Below, one piece after another: positions 50,727 to 62,699 of a stretch of DNA of 64,000 nucleotides. The number at the start of each line of letters is the position of its first letter. Within the stretch, counting starts at the first letter, position 1. The notes beneath the pieces are model-generated. The model was not told the origin of the DNA. It searched no databases and saw only the letters and a list, made by a program, of their open reading frames with translations. Source of the stretch: Vicugna vicugna (taxonomy: Eukaryota); contig MU061717.1 of NCBI GenBank assembly GCA_013265495.1, forward strand, positions 1,984,001 to 2,048,000, in the 5' to 3' direction. The position numbers and the translations under genes are program-made.

Positions 50727-52164
50727 AAAATGTTTTGTGGGGGAATTTTGTTTATGCAAACATTATACTGAAGTCTAACAGGAAATCATAACATCTGGAT
50801 AAACAATAATATTCTATAGCCCTCCACCAACTATTAAGTCCTACAGATAATATAGGAAACTCATGGGTACTTAGTAGGTAATACATTGATAGATATGTGA
50901 CATTTTAAATCACACATGCAGAACTTTAAAAAAGCACACACCTGCGTAGTATTTTGGTGAATAATGGTAATGCAAAAGCAAACTGTAATATCAAATAACT
51001 TCGAATGAATTCTTTTATAGTCAAAGGAAATTTATCAGTAAAAATTGGCACAAAACAAACAGCATAATGGAATAAATTTGAGTAATTCCTGTATAGGCAG
51101 TCACAGAACATTTTGATAAATATTTCAACATAAACTGATACAAAGTGTAAAAATATTAATTTAGAAGGAATTCCTATGTCATGCATTCCATAGATGCTGA
51201 TGTTTCACTGAACAGTAGTGTGTGTGTACAGAGCAACAGCGGGGGAGACTGACTAGTTTATGGCTGTGTGTCTGCTGCTTGGAGCTGCAGGTTGCAGTAA
51301 TCATACAGATGTGGATCTTAGATGTGAGGGGACAGCCCAGGCCAGTGGTCCTTGGCCCCCTCCCTGCCCATCTGGGGACCCTCTAGCACACTAAGGAGCT
51401 AACATAGCAAACTGGTGTGACCCCCCCACCCTGTCTCCCTCAGCCAGAGGCAACCCCTGGGTTTCTCTATCCCAGGCCAGACCTGTTGGTGGCCAAGAGT
51501 GCGACAGTAGGCAGGATGGCCATGAAGTAGCAACTCTTGCTCTTTGGCTGGACCCTGAGAGGGGAAGTGTGCAGAGTCATTGTTTTGAAAATGGAGCAAT
51601 TTCATAGTGAACGGTTGCCTCTGGAGCCTTTGACGCATCGTCCCTTTCAGGCCTTGAGCTCTGTGGCCTTGGAACAGTCTGTGTTCTCGGTTGGATCTGA
51701 ATGTGGTTGGCCTACGAGTGGGAGAGGCCCACGCCTTCTGGGGAGTGTGCTTTCCCCTATTGCTGCTCGTGCTCTAGAAAAAATCCATGCCGCGCATCAC
51801 GCTGAGCCCCTTGCAGGTGGCCACGCAGCCCCCAGGCCCCTTTTGTCCCGCAGTCAGCTGGAATCCAGCTAGCCTGGCCCAGAGCACGGGAGGTCAACCC
51901 CCGACATCTCTCCCTGGGGAGCAGTGCTGCACTTCAATCACGGTGCCACGGAGGAAATGAAACTAGAGCCAGGTGACAGAACACAGAGGGATCTGGCTGT
52001 GGATGGGCTTCTTACCCGCTTCTGGCAGGGAGAGACAGCGTTGGAGAGACAGACCTGAGTGTTGGTTCGGGCATTAGCACATTGGGAGGGCGGCGAGGGC
52101 TTGGTGGGGAGCACAGGATCTAGCAGTGAAAGGTCTAAAATCAATTACATAACCGCCTTCACAC

Positions 52165-52275
52165 CTTAGCCTCCTCATCTGTTAAATGGGGCACCTGCCT
52201 AATGGGGTTGTGGCAGGATTAAATTAGATAATGTATTAAAGGCACTAAGATCGTCGCTGGCGCATCATAAGGGGT
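52165..52275 (+). mobile_element. MIR fragment
   Basis: ccttagcctcctcatctgttaaatgggg...gggttgtggcaggattaaattagataatgtattaaaggcact. Confidence 0.8.
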
Positions 52276-54019
52276 CCGTAATTCTAGTAAAGAATATAAC
52301 AGCTGTGTAATCCCGTGTGACTCTAATAACCCCTCTAGTTTAATCTGCAAATGGAAAGACAGAATCTTTGTTGCTTCTAAGTATCTCTTCCTCAGATTAA
52401 CCCCCATTTCCTTCTTCCTAAGTCCATCCCCGCCCGTCCCCTTGCTCCCACTCCTGTAGCCTGAGCACGGCTGGAGAGAGTGCAGCTGGGAAAGTGGAAA
52501 CGGCTTTAAATTCTGTCTATTTGAAGGGTACAATTATACCTCAGTAAAGCTGGAAAAATGCAAATTTCGGTAATACTGCAGTGCTACCTCTGAAGTGAAG
52601 CAGAGAGCTCTGCAGTTATCATGACATCTTACTATAGTTGGCTGACTTTGGGCTAAGTATGAGGCCTGATCATCCCAATTTGGCCTCTGGGTTTTTGGAT
52701 GTTTTATTCAACATACTTACATACACAAGTGTTCTCTACATAAACATTTATGAAAGTCAAAATTGCAAAACGGATTAAAGATCGAACCAAGTAGAGGCTA
52801 CAGCAGTGTTTTAGTGGCAGCAAAAAATGTCATCCATTAGATTTAGTTACTGTGACTAGTTTGAGTTTTTGTTGGTTTGATAGTGTTTGGAGTTGATTTA
52901 TAAATGTATTGGGGATTTTATACCAGTTTTCTGTTTCTGCACATTTCAGGAGTATTTTAGTAAAAGTAAATTAAGTCAACACTAAGAGTCAGTTTTTTCT
53001 TTTGAAGAAGGTCCATATGTCAGTCAAGAAGCAGCGAGTAGATGAGAGTGTGCAGAGCAGAAGCCTGTGCTCCACTGATTTTTCTGATTTGCTGGCTACT
53101 CAGTACACCTTCTCTGTCCAACTCACACACTGGGCAGAGGAGCACTTACCATCCTGGTTTCTCCAAGCCGTGGGCGACCGGGCTGTTTGGGCTTTGTGGG
53201 CAGCTTCTTTGATTCTTGTTGCTGTGCTATTTTAGCAGAAAGGGAGAAGCGCATTTTCTTTCTTTGACCGCTCAGTACTCCTACCTTCCGAGTTCTATTT
53301 AGCAGATATCACCACTTACAAAGTCTTAACCTTTTCCTCCATTAAATTAGACACACCGTTACTCTACCCACTGTTATTTCTGTTTCACATTTTTATATTA
53401 GGAAGCCGACTCTTGGCAAGTTCCCAGCACCAGCCCTCCCGGTGGTAGTATCTGGGCTTTTCTCCAGCCTGCCTTTCCCTGGGAGCTCTGTCCTCTCCAC
53501 AGATCACACCATTCGTCATCACAGTTGTCCCCGAGGTAGGTGGGATCAGACAGCGCCTCTGAGTGTGAGAACATAGGGCCCGAGTGAGCGAGTCTGAGGG
53601 AAGCAGTGGGTTGCTTCTTTTATATTAGTTAGCGTTTTTCTGCTTTAGGCAGACTTAGCATTTGCACCTATTTTTGTATTTTGTTCAAAGAATTTTTCAA
53701 GTGATAACAGTCATTAACTTCGTTGCTGCGGGATGAAATAAAAGGGCTACTAATGGAGTGTTGAGAAGTAAGAACCTGCACTCAGATCTCTTTAGAGTCA
53801 TTAAGAAAGAGCAGTTTTAACTGTGGATTTTGGTGTGATTTTCTCCTGGGATTGTATTTAAATGGGTCTTAAATTCTGAAACTGAGTCATCAGAAAAACC
53901 CCTCTCATAATGTCGTTGTCTAAAGTCTATTCAGTTTAGCTGTTTGAAGGTGCAAGATTAATATGCCTAAAGCCTAGCTCTGATCATTTTGTAATTTTGG
54001 TTCGTTTCTTTTTAAACAT

Positions 54020-54195
54020 TAAGAGCTTTGAAGTCAAAAGACCTGGCTTCATTTTATGGGCTGGTTATATAATCTGTCTGATTCTCACTTTCCTCCCCTA
54101 AAATGGAGATGATAATACCCACTTCAAAGGATGGTTGTCACCATCAGGTGAGATCGTGTGTGTGAGATACTAATCACAGTAGGTGTCAATAAAAC
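54020..54195 (+). mobile_element. MIR SINE
   Basis: taagagctttgaagtcaaaagacctgg...ctcactttcctcccctaaaatggagatgataatacc...gtaggtgtcaataaa. Confidence 0.75.
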
Positions 54196-54209
54196 TTAAA
54201 AATAAAAAA

Positions 54210-54800
54210 AGTGACAGGCTAAAAACCTATAATGACTTCTCTGTCTTTACAACATAAAATCCAGATTCTTTGATGCCATGTTCTAGACCCTCCATAGTCT
54301 GGCTTAGAGTGACCTCATAACCAAGTTGCTGTTTTCTGGCCAGCCAGCCAGTTTCACGCTTCGTTTTCCATAAAACTTTCAAACTTTTTGACCAAGACCC
54401 TCAATAAGAAATACATTTTACACGTGAAACAAAAGCTTCTTGAAGCAGCACGTCATCTCGCCACACGAGATACAGTCTGTCCTGTGTAGAAAATGCTGGT
54501 CTGACCCACTAAACTTGCTGGTTGAAAACCCATGGATCCAGAAATCTCTCCATCTGTTTCTTGAGATTCTCACCCTCCCTTGAGACCCGTGCCCCCTCAT
54601 GAAACCCTTCCTCATCTTGGTACCTGGTAGCCTTCTCTGAACTTGCCATTTTCCTTCTATCTCATTGATGGCATCTGCTGCAAATTGGCTTGTATATTAA
54701 TAATTGATCCCTATAATCTTTGTGACTAGATGGCACGTGCCATCAGGGCTTGGTCTGTGTGGTCATTTTATCAACCTGTGCGTGTAGCAGGGTGTCCTAC
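54210..54800 (+). mobile_element. L2 fragment interrupted by a hAT MITE
   Basis: aaaaacctataatgacttctc...ataaaatccagattctt...agaccctccatagtctggc before the MITE; L2-like pyrimidine-rich sequence and tagatggcacgtgccatcagggc after it. Confidence 0.45.
54372..54535. mobile_element. hAT-Charlie-type non-autonomous element
   Basis: tttcaaactttttgaccaagaccctcaataagaaatacattttacac...aaaatgctggtctgacccactaaa...gttgaaaacccatg. Confidence 0.7.
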
Positions 54801-56634
54801 CAATCGCTCTGGGACCCAGACCCCGAGGTGTTTGTTAAGAAATTGTATGGTGTCTTGGGTGCTTTGCTGCCTTTGTGCTGACATTTGAAAGCTATGAAAT
54901 TAGGCTTGTGTGTGGACTCTTGGGAGCGGGAGCTTCTTGCTGTGACCACTGCCCAGATCAGAGGTCTTCATCTGCTGGGCTGCTTTGGACTCCTGTGTAT
55001 CTGAGAAAGGATAGTACTGGGTTGGCATTGGGATTCCAGCTTCTACATGGAGATCCTCAATTTCCTGTTTTTTTGACATGGCTTTGATAGATCTGAGGTT
55101 CCTTTCAGCTCCAGCTGAGTATGAGCAGAGGTCAGTAACAGCCTCCTCTCTGATTAAGCACAGCCTGGTACCTTTAAACATCAGCTCTTGAAGCATGGAA
55201 CAGATAATGATTTTAGCCTATGAGACCTGCATTTTATAATGGAAGATGTTTTTAGATGTGTTCCTATGGGTGTGTACACCGTTCTGTAGATCCTCTGTGT
55301 GAGGGTATTTATACACAGCATTACTCATGTAGAGCCTTTCATCTACAATGAAAAATATGATATAAGCCAGAATAGAATATTTATATCTTTACTACACACC
55401 CTGTCTCATGTTTGTAGCCCAGTTCTGAGATCCTGACTACTGATGAAATTTAGAGGAATGTAGGACCCATTTTATGTTTACACAAATCATCTACCCAAAG
55501 GTTGACCTCATTTAAAGGGACTGATTTAATTTAGGAAAGTTATTTCATTCTTCTTTAAATTGAATTTAAGACGCTTGACTGAAATAATAACAGCAGAGAA
55601 CTGTCTGTGCAGCAGTATAAACCAACGGATCTAGACATAGTGAAATCCACGGATAAAATGCATAGCAGAAATACCTAGAGGATTATGAGTTAAAAGCAAA
55701 TTACTTAACACCTAGTGATACAAACAGTGAAAAGATAAATAACCCACTGATCACTGAATAATAAAATCTAGTAGAAGTTACTGATGCAGTTTTTATGATA
55801 ACTTTCTTTTTTGAAAGGCTGATGGATACTTGGGTTTGTATAGTAAATCTGTTCATCCATAGGCACATTTTTCTCTTTTGAGCATCAGACACTTATCAGG
55901 GACTTGGGAAGTGAGTTTAGTTCAATTCGGTGCTCAGAGAGTTTGCACACAAGCTTCCTTATTTTTATTGTTCCCTATCCAGTCTGCCATTTACCATTTA
56001 AATGTATGTCAAAGGAAGCAGGATTTGTCTTAAAAAAGATTTGGAGAAAAATCTTCCTTCAATATTTAAAGTGCTCAACAAAGTCACGTTCACACAGAAG
56101 TCAGTTTTGAGATGAGGAAGTTAAAATCAGGCAGCTTCTTGTACATTTCTGGCTGAAAGCCTGTCTGATGGGATTGACATGGAGCACTAATTAATCACCC
56201 AGGGTCTCTTCATTCACTAATTACACTGCATCAAACTTCCCTGCTGGCTGAGGCTCAAGGGCAAACCGTGGGCTTCTAGCCAGCTTATTTTTCATAAGCA
56301 TCATGCTACCTCTGTAAATTAGTGTGAACCTACTGCATACTGTCAGTGGTTTACTTTCCCATGGTGACCCTCTCCGGTTAAACAGCTTTAAATGAAAATT
56401 TACATTGAGAATGAAAAGAAGTTTCTTGGAAAGGAGGGGAAAAAAAGAGAAAGATTTTAAAATCAGTTTTGTAATCTTTTTTTCCCACAGTATATAGTAT
56501 TTCGGTTCCAGTAAAAAAAAAATCTGCTAGATTAATTGACTAATGCACAGATGACATGATGAATACCTTTTGTTACCTGAAAAGTGAGCCTCTCTGATGC
56601 TTAAGGAAGTGACTTTTTCCATGACGTTGTTAAT

Positions 56635-56835
56635 TGCAATGATAACCTGTTTATTGAGTTTCTACTACACACAAAACACAGACCGTAACTCATAAACTCT
56701 CACATCAGTCCTATAAGGATGTTATTACTGCCTCCATTTACAGGTGAGAAAGTTGAGTCTGTCGACTTGTATCTAGTAAGTGCTGGGGTCCAGATTTGAA
56801 CCATAGTTTGTCACCAAAGGCCGTGCTCATTTAAT
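56635..56835 (-). mobile_element. MIR SINE
   Basis: tttattgagtttctact...cctccatttacaggtgagaaagttgag...ccagatttgaacc...aaggccgtgctc. Confidence 0.75.
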
Positions 56836-57849
56836 TGTGTTACTATTCATGACTCATTGGGTTCCTTTATATGACCCCTTTTCACTTGAGGAAAATACGA
56901 ATGGTCTTAGTCTTTAAAAATATTCCTATTTCCATATTCCTCTTTTACATTCTTCTGAATTAATAAATCACTTTAGAAGCATGTTGATCTCTAGCACGTT
57001 GTTGTTATGTCTTCAAATTATTTTAATGTCATGCAGCTTTTGTTTGGAGAACAAAAAGTTGTGGGCATCTTTGAACCAGAGGAAATAGGTGCGGCATATT
57101 CACACATCATTCACGCTGCTGTTCATCTTGAGACACTTCCAAACAGCTCTGATAGAAAAGGAACATTCCAGAGTGCACATACATGGATAGTTTCCAAGGC
57201 AGTGCCTGTTGAGAACCCGGCCTTCCATCCTGAAGCACTGAATGGTTTGGCTACAGCTTGTCCTCTCTGTAAATTAATTTGCAAGAGCTGTGGAATAAAC
57301 TCTTACATAAAAGAACAGTACAAAAGAGTGATTTGTCAAAACCCAATCCCCCTGTTAAAAATACGTAACTAGAGAGAGCAGGTTGATAGTCAGTGGTTCG
57401 TACGGGTACTGTGTTAAGCCAATACTCTCCTCCTTAGTATGCTGGGCCGATGGTCTTGGTTGAAAAGAATCCATTCCATTTCTTTTTATAGTGTCATGAA
57501 AAGTTGAAAAGAGGAAAAACTGAGCTGAACATACAGAATAAATAACTAAATGGTGCCGGCAGTCTGCGCTTTTGTTTTCAGACCTTCTCCCTCCCCATCC
57601 TTTGTGAGTCATTGAGCCAGTGAGATGGATCAAAGACGCCTCAGTGTATGGGACATTTTATGTGGAGTTTTATTTGTCATCCCCGGCAGAGGACTCACTG
57701 CCGGCCGCCTTCAGCAGGATAATCAGTGGGTCCGGGTCTCCGGGGTGTGTTGCCTGTATCCTGCATTCATCTTGCAAGATGTTTTAGGTTGCGGTTGAAT
57801 ATAAAAGGTCAGAAAGATGATGTTAATCCAGGGAAAATATTAAGGGAAT

Positions 57850-58005
57850 TTTATTTTATTTTTTAAACAACTTTTTTTGTGGTGTAATTTCTGTACCGTG
57901 AACTACACGTATTTCAGATGTGCAGTTTGATGAATTTTGATAGATGTGTACAGCTATGAAACCACCACTACAATCCAGATACCTAACAAGTCCATCACTC
58001 CTGAG
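57850..58005 (-). mobile_element. Old L1 (L1MB/ME class) 3' terminus
   Basis: T-rich start then tcagatgtgcagtttgatgaattttgatagatgtgtacagctatgaaaccaccactacaatc...tccatcactcctga. Confidence 0.75.
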
Positions 58006-58831
58006 GGGATTTTAAACATGAGTGTGGACATGTGGAAAAAAAAAGAGCTTGAAGTGAAGGTACCTAGTGTCATTCTTTTTGGTGCTTATTTAATTGGATC
58101 AGAATTCTAAGTCCTGTAATAGCTGTTAAGAAGCCTTCATGGCATTTGTAGGATGTGGCTTATTCCTCTTAGAACTTAACATTTCAGAGACCCAAGGGGA
58201 GAAAATTCAGTTCTGTTTTAATATGAACTTGTGGTTCTCAAAGATGATTTCTTGAATGCCTTTGTTATGAATGTTATCAGTAAGATTTCATTTTAAACAT
58301 TCTGAATTCTAACAAGAGGTCAGTGTACTCTGAATATAGTTTTCTGTAGTGCCTTTGCCTGCATGTGGTGGGAGGAGGGTGTGTGAGAGTGGGTGATGGG
58401 GGCAGAGGGGGAGGCACCACCATTCCGCTCATTCTATGTAATGCTGGAAAAATCGAAGTTACATTCCCCTGGGATTCTGTAACAGTTATTTCTAACTGAG
58501 GCACCATGTTTACTGAAATTCACCTGAAATATGCAGTTATTTCTTTGAAGTATTTTTAATATTTACATTTAAATGAGAACATTTTTAAATGAAAGAATTA
58601 TACATTGACTAATGTAAATTATAAACGTGTAAATTATACATTGACTATAATGGCAGCGATGTTTATTTAGTAACAGAGTCACTTTTTCCCCCAGAAAATA
58701 TGTAAATGTCACTGTAATTCTTAGAAAAGAAAGTAGATTTTACTGGCCAAGCAAACAAATTTTTTAAAAAAAGACAACAAAATTAAAAAAAAAAACACAA
58801 AAAACAGATGGATACACAGGCACAGACAGTA

Positions 58832-58970
58832 TTCTTTTCCATTATAAGTTATTACAAGATAGTGAATTTAGTTCCCTGTGTAATACAGTAGGACCTTATT
58901 TATCTATTTTATATAGAGTAGTGTGTATCTGTTAATCCCAAACTCCTAATTTATATCCCTCCCCTTTCCA
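58832..58970 (-). mobile_element. Cetartiodactyl-type L1 3' UTR internal fragment
   Basis: ttcttttccattataagttattacaagata...tagttccctgtg...tacagtaggacc...ctgttaatcccaaactcctaattt; same family as 20931 and 50031. Confidence 0.85.
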
Positions 58971-59174
58971 GCACTTCTATTTGTATGTCCAGCGTTCATC
59001 CAAGTGGTAACATGTCTAAAACTGAACTTTAAAATTGATCTTTCTCCTGAAATACTCTCCTTGACCTGTATTCCTAACTTACAGAAGGCCACCACAGCCT
59101 ATCAAGTTGCTTCAGCTAAAAGCCTAGGAATTTTCTTCAATTCCTCTCTCTTCCTCATCGCCCGCAACGAATCC

Positions 59175-59290
59175 ACTTGTTTATTCAACAGACACTTACT
59201 TAAGATCGACTGCAAAACACATGTTCTAAGGTTGGGGGACACAGGATGAACTCAGCAGACAAGAGTCCTGCTCCCAGGGAGCTAGTTTTC
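59175..59290 (-). mobile_element. L2 3' terminus inserted antisense into the L2 above
   Basis: tttattcaacagacacttact...ggggacacaggatgaac...agacaagagtcctgctcccagggagcta. Confidence 0.7.
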
Positions 59291-59299
59291 ATGGACATG

Positions 59300-59420
59300 A
59301 ATATCCCCATTTTATAGATTTGGAAACTGAGGAATAGAGAGTAAGGGACTTGCCCTTGGGTCACATATTTAGGGTTCAGATCCAGGCATTCTGGTTCAGA
59401 AATCCATGGTCCTACCCTTA
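59300..59420 (-). mobile_element. MIR core fragment
   Basis: atccccattttatagatttggaaactgagg...gacttgcccttgggtcaca...gggttcagatccaggc. Confidence 0.8.
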
Positions 59421-59756
59421 TGCCCTGTGCTTCCTGCCGCCCAGTCCCGAGTCCCCCGCAACCTTCTCTTCTGTCCTCATCCTCCTGCCATTGCCTCTGC
59501 CTTTCTGGGCCAGGGTCACTGTCACCAGGATCACTGCAGTAGCCTCCCAGCTTGTCTCATGGCCTGCAGTCTTGCCTCCCTTCAGCTCATTCCCTGTGCT
59601 GTCCTGGAATGATTTTTCTAAAATGCAGTCTGATCCTGTCACTCACTGTTTTGCTAAAAATCCTTGGTTAGCTTCGAGTAGCCTGGGTGGTGCCTTGGTC
59701 CCCAGGACACACACTGCTGCCTGCCCTGATAAGGCCCCTGCTTAGCCACCTCTAGC

Positions 59757-59898
59757 CTAGAGGTTCTCAGACTGGACTGTGCATCACCATTAGCTGGAGG
59801 GCTTGTGAAGACGAGGCTTGCTGGGCCCCACCCCCAGAGTTTCTGAGGAGGCAGGTCGGGCCGCTGAGAATTTGCATTTCTAGCAAGTCCCTGGGTGA
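59757..59898 (-). mobile_element. MER5A hAT-Charlie MITE, partial
   Basis: ggttctca...ctggagggcttgt...gctgggccccacccccagagtttctga...gagaatttgcatttctagcaagtccctgggtga. Confidence 0.88.
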
Positions 59899-61369
59899 CC
59901 CACTTGCAGATTCCTGATGGGCATGCTGTTTCAGGCTTTGATCCTTTGGTACAAGCTGCTTCCTCCACAGGAGGTGGTCTTCCCCTCTCCTTCCCTTTAA
60001 AACACAGTTCAAGTGTCACTTCCTAGGAAGCTTCCTCTGACCACCCCTCCCTCCGCATCCCTGAGCCTCCCCTCTGAGTTTCTATGGCAACATGTCTCCG
60101 CGAAGACACCACCCATTCCCTCAGCCTGAGCCTTGGTTTTGCTTATCTCTTCCCACCCACTGCCCCGCAACTGTTAGCTCTTTAAGAAAAAAGATCATCT
60201 GTTATATTTTTCACCTTTCTGTCCCTGGCACCCCATAGGGCCCAGTATATATTGAAGGTATGTACTTATTAAATGACTTGAAATATATAACCCTACTTGT
60301 GCTTTAAAAAAGAGTAATCCTATTTTAATTTTTATTTGCATTAACCTTTAAATCTTGCCTAGGTTGTTTCTTTAAAACCTGAAGATGTTTCAACTCAAAA
60401 ACAGTATACATCTGAGGGCATTAAACTTTCAAAGCTGCCATTAGCTGGAGCTGCACTGCTTGGCTGTTCCATGCAGACAGCAGGAGCTTATTTCCACAAA
60501 GGCTGATGTTTGTCTACAGATAACTTACTTCTCATGGCTCTGGTTTGAAATACTTGAATTATCCCTCTGTCCTCCTCAGCCTTCAGAACATCTCTCTGGT
60601 CTGTTCTTGGCCTTGGTTTATCTCATCAGAGAATCACAGATGGAATAGCCTGGGCAGCATAAGGCTGGCTTTTCCTGAGACAAAGATCAGTGGGCTGTCA
60701 ACTTGCAGCCTCCACGTTTCCATCCCGAATTGTGTAATCCCCCACGTTCCTTTCTGTGTGCCTGCATTGCCTGAGTAATTTCCGAGAGGCATACAGGTTT
60801 TATTGCCTACATTGCCCTCCCCTTTTCTCTCCCTTCCCACCTCAGATTGCTAGTTCTTGCCAAAATGTTGATAAGCTCCAACCTCTAGCAAAGGAATTTC
60901 TGAACAAGACTGTCCCCTCATCATAGACATTTCTTCAAGAGGTGCTCTGACCTTCTCCCGGTGTGGAGCAAGCTCAGAGGCCTGGAGCCCCTCCATCCTC
61001 GGGGGACCAGGAGGAGAGAACATGGGTCCACAATGCCTAGGGGCCACTGCAGCTTCAGAAACCATTTCTTGGGTTCTAGCTGTATCATTCTGCTTCCAAA
61101 ATTCAACAAGCAAGTAGGCGGCAGCCATCTCTGTGAGGTAGAAGTGTGGCTGAATTATGTGTAACTTATCACACCAAGTCAGAACCGCTCACCTGGTTGT
61201 TCAGAACCACGAGAGTCTCTCCTCACCTACTTGGAAAGGAACTGCCTCTCCATCAGATCGTTATTAGTCTCTAGAGCCCCACCGTGCTCGCTCCTGTTCG
61301 CATGTTTGATTGTTTACTGTAAACTTGTCACAGGACTAAGCACAAAGGAAATTAATCTGCTCTCTTAGC

Positions 61370-61450
61370 TTAGGACCCTCTTGGTTGCAAGTGACAGAAA
61401 ACCCCCAAGGTAGCTTGAGGTAAAATGGGAGGGGAGGAGGGGAGACGTCC
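61370..61450 (-). mobile_element. MaLR LTR end fragment (MLT1J/K/L-like); may extend to ~61700
   Basis: ttaggaccctcttggttgcaagtgacagaaaaccc...tagcttgaggtaaaatggg resembles the reverse MLT1 terminus. Confidence 0.55.
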
Positions 61451-62699
61451 AATAAGGACCCAGGGGCGGTGCATGGAATGCAGGATCGGGAAATGGGACC
61501 AGGGGTCCTGGGGATAAGGAGCAGAGGGTTGTCGGAAACAGAAGTCCGCCTTGGTCTCTTCTAGGCCGTCGGCATCAGCGTGCTCTCCCCATAGCACCCA
61601 GACTGTTCTAGTGTAAGGGAGACTGAAGCTGACCAACACCACCATGTCCAGAACCCGATTTCTGGGCAAGAGAGCCTCATATTTAGTGAATAGCTCTTCC
61701 TGAGTCATGGTCCTGCCTTAGTCTCCTCCTCAGTCTACAGAGGGTTGAGAGGGAGTGGGCTCTCCTTTGCGAACGTGGCTGCAGGGGCCCACCCTTTGTG
61801 GGGCCAGTTTTCCCAAAAGGCGGGGGTGATATATCCCACATTCTTCCAAAAAGATTGTGTTTTTTTAAATGGATGTAACGAAACCAAAACACATCACAGA
61901 GGATATAATACAAAAGCAAGGAGTTATAATAAGGTTAGGGAGAGGGGAGATAAATCAAGAAGCCGTGATGGGGAGAAATTTACTGTAATGTGGGATTTCA
62001 GGATTATCGGGCCAGTAAACACCCAGCGTTCACGAACCAGATTGCTAAGATTAGAAATGGAAAAGACCTGAAGGTAAACGTGATCTCGGCATTCTGATCA
62101 GGGCTGGCTTCTTGTCAGTGCACGGGGATGCTTGTATCCACCGTTCCTGGAAGGAGCCTCCTGCCTGCGTCAGGGGAAGGGACATGATTAATTGGAGGGC
62201 AGGTGCTGCTGCCCCTTAAACAGGCACCTGCTGTCCCTGCGGTTCACACAGCCCCCACCACTCCTGGAGTCCGACCCATGGCCACATCACTCCCTGACAG
62301 TCCTGTGCTTGTAAATGTCAACTGAGGGTCCATGCAGCGAGTGGTGCAGAAGGTGAGACGAGAGGGCCCTCTGGTCACTGTGAGTGAGGGTGCGCTCTCA
62401 TCCCAGGAGAAGGCAGGACTGGAAGCAAGGTTCACACTGACACGTGGTGGGTCTGGGAGGGGAGGGGAGGAGACTGAGGACGGGGAGGGGAGGGAGCTAA
62501 TATGTAGGAAGTACCGACTATTGTAGACACGCGATTCGATTTGTGAACCTCATCCGGTCCTCACATTGTCACGCTGACCCCTACAGTTGTTTTGTGCATT
62601 TCCTGGGGTGCCCTATTACCTCCATCTGACAGATGAGGACCAGGGGGCTCTCGGAAGTCAGGAAACCCTCCAGTGGTTCTTTCTCTCTCTGGGAGAAAC

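Larger units (their letters stand above)
58985..60280 (+). mobile_element. Long L2 copy interrupted by three later insertions
   Basis: Colinear L2 blocks: aacatgtctaaaactgaact, agctaaaagcctagga, ctgcagtagcctcc, ctaaaatgcagtctgatcctgtcactc, caagtgtcacttcctaggaagcttcctctgacc, and a 3' end ctgtccctggcac...tattaaatga. Confidence 0.7.

Noticed and set aside
54729-54744. 16-bp perfect palindrome gatggcacgtgccatc centred on an E-box
   Set aside because: Arms are 8 bp, so about one is expected by chance per 64 kb, and it lies within L2-like sequence.
56556-56597. C/D-box snoRNA-like arrangement (ATGATGA...CTGA...CTGA)
   Set aside because: Only 42 nt from box C to box D, no terminal stem, and no convincing rRNA-complementary guide.
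57007-57372. 121-aa ORF with protein-like composition
   Set aside because: No recognisable homology or convincing splice context; treated as a chance ORF without a search.
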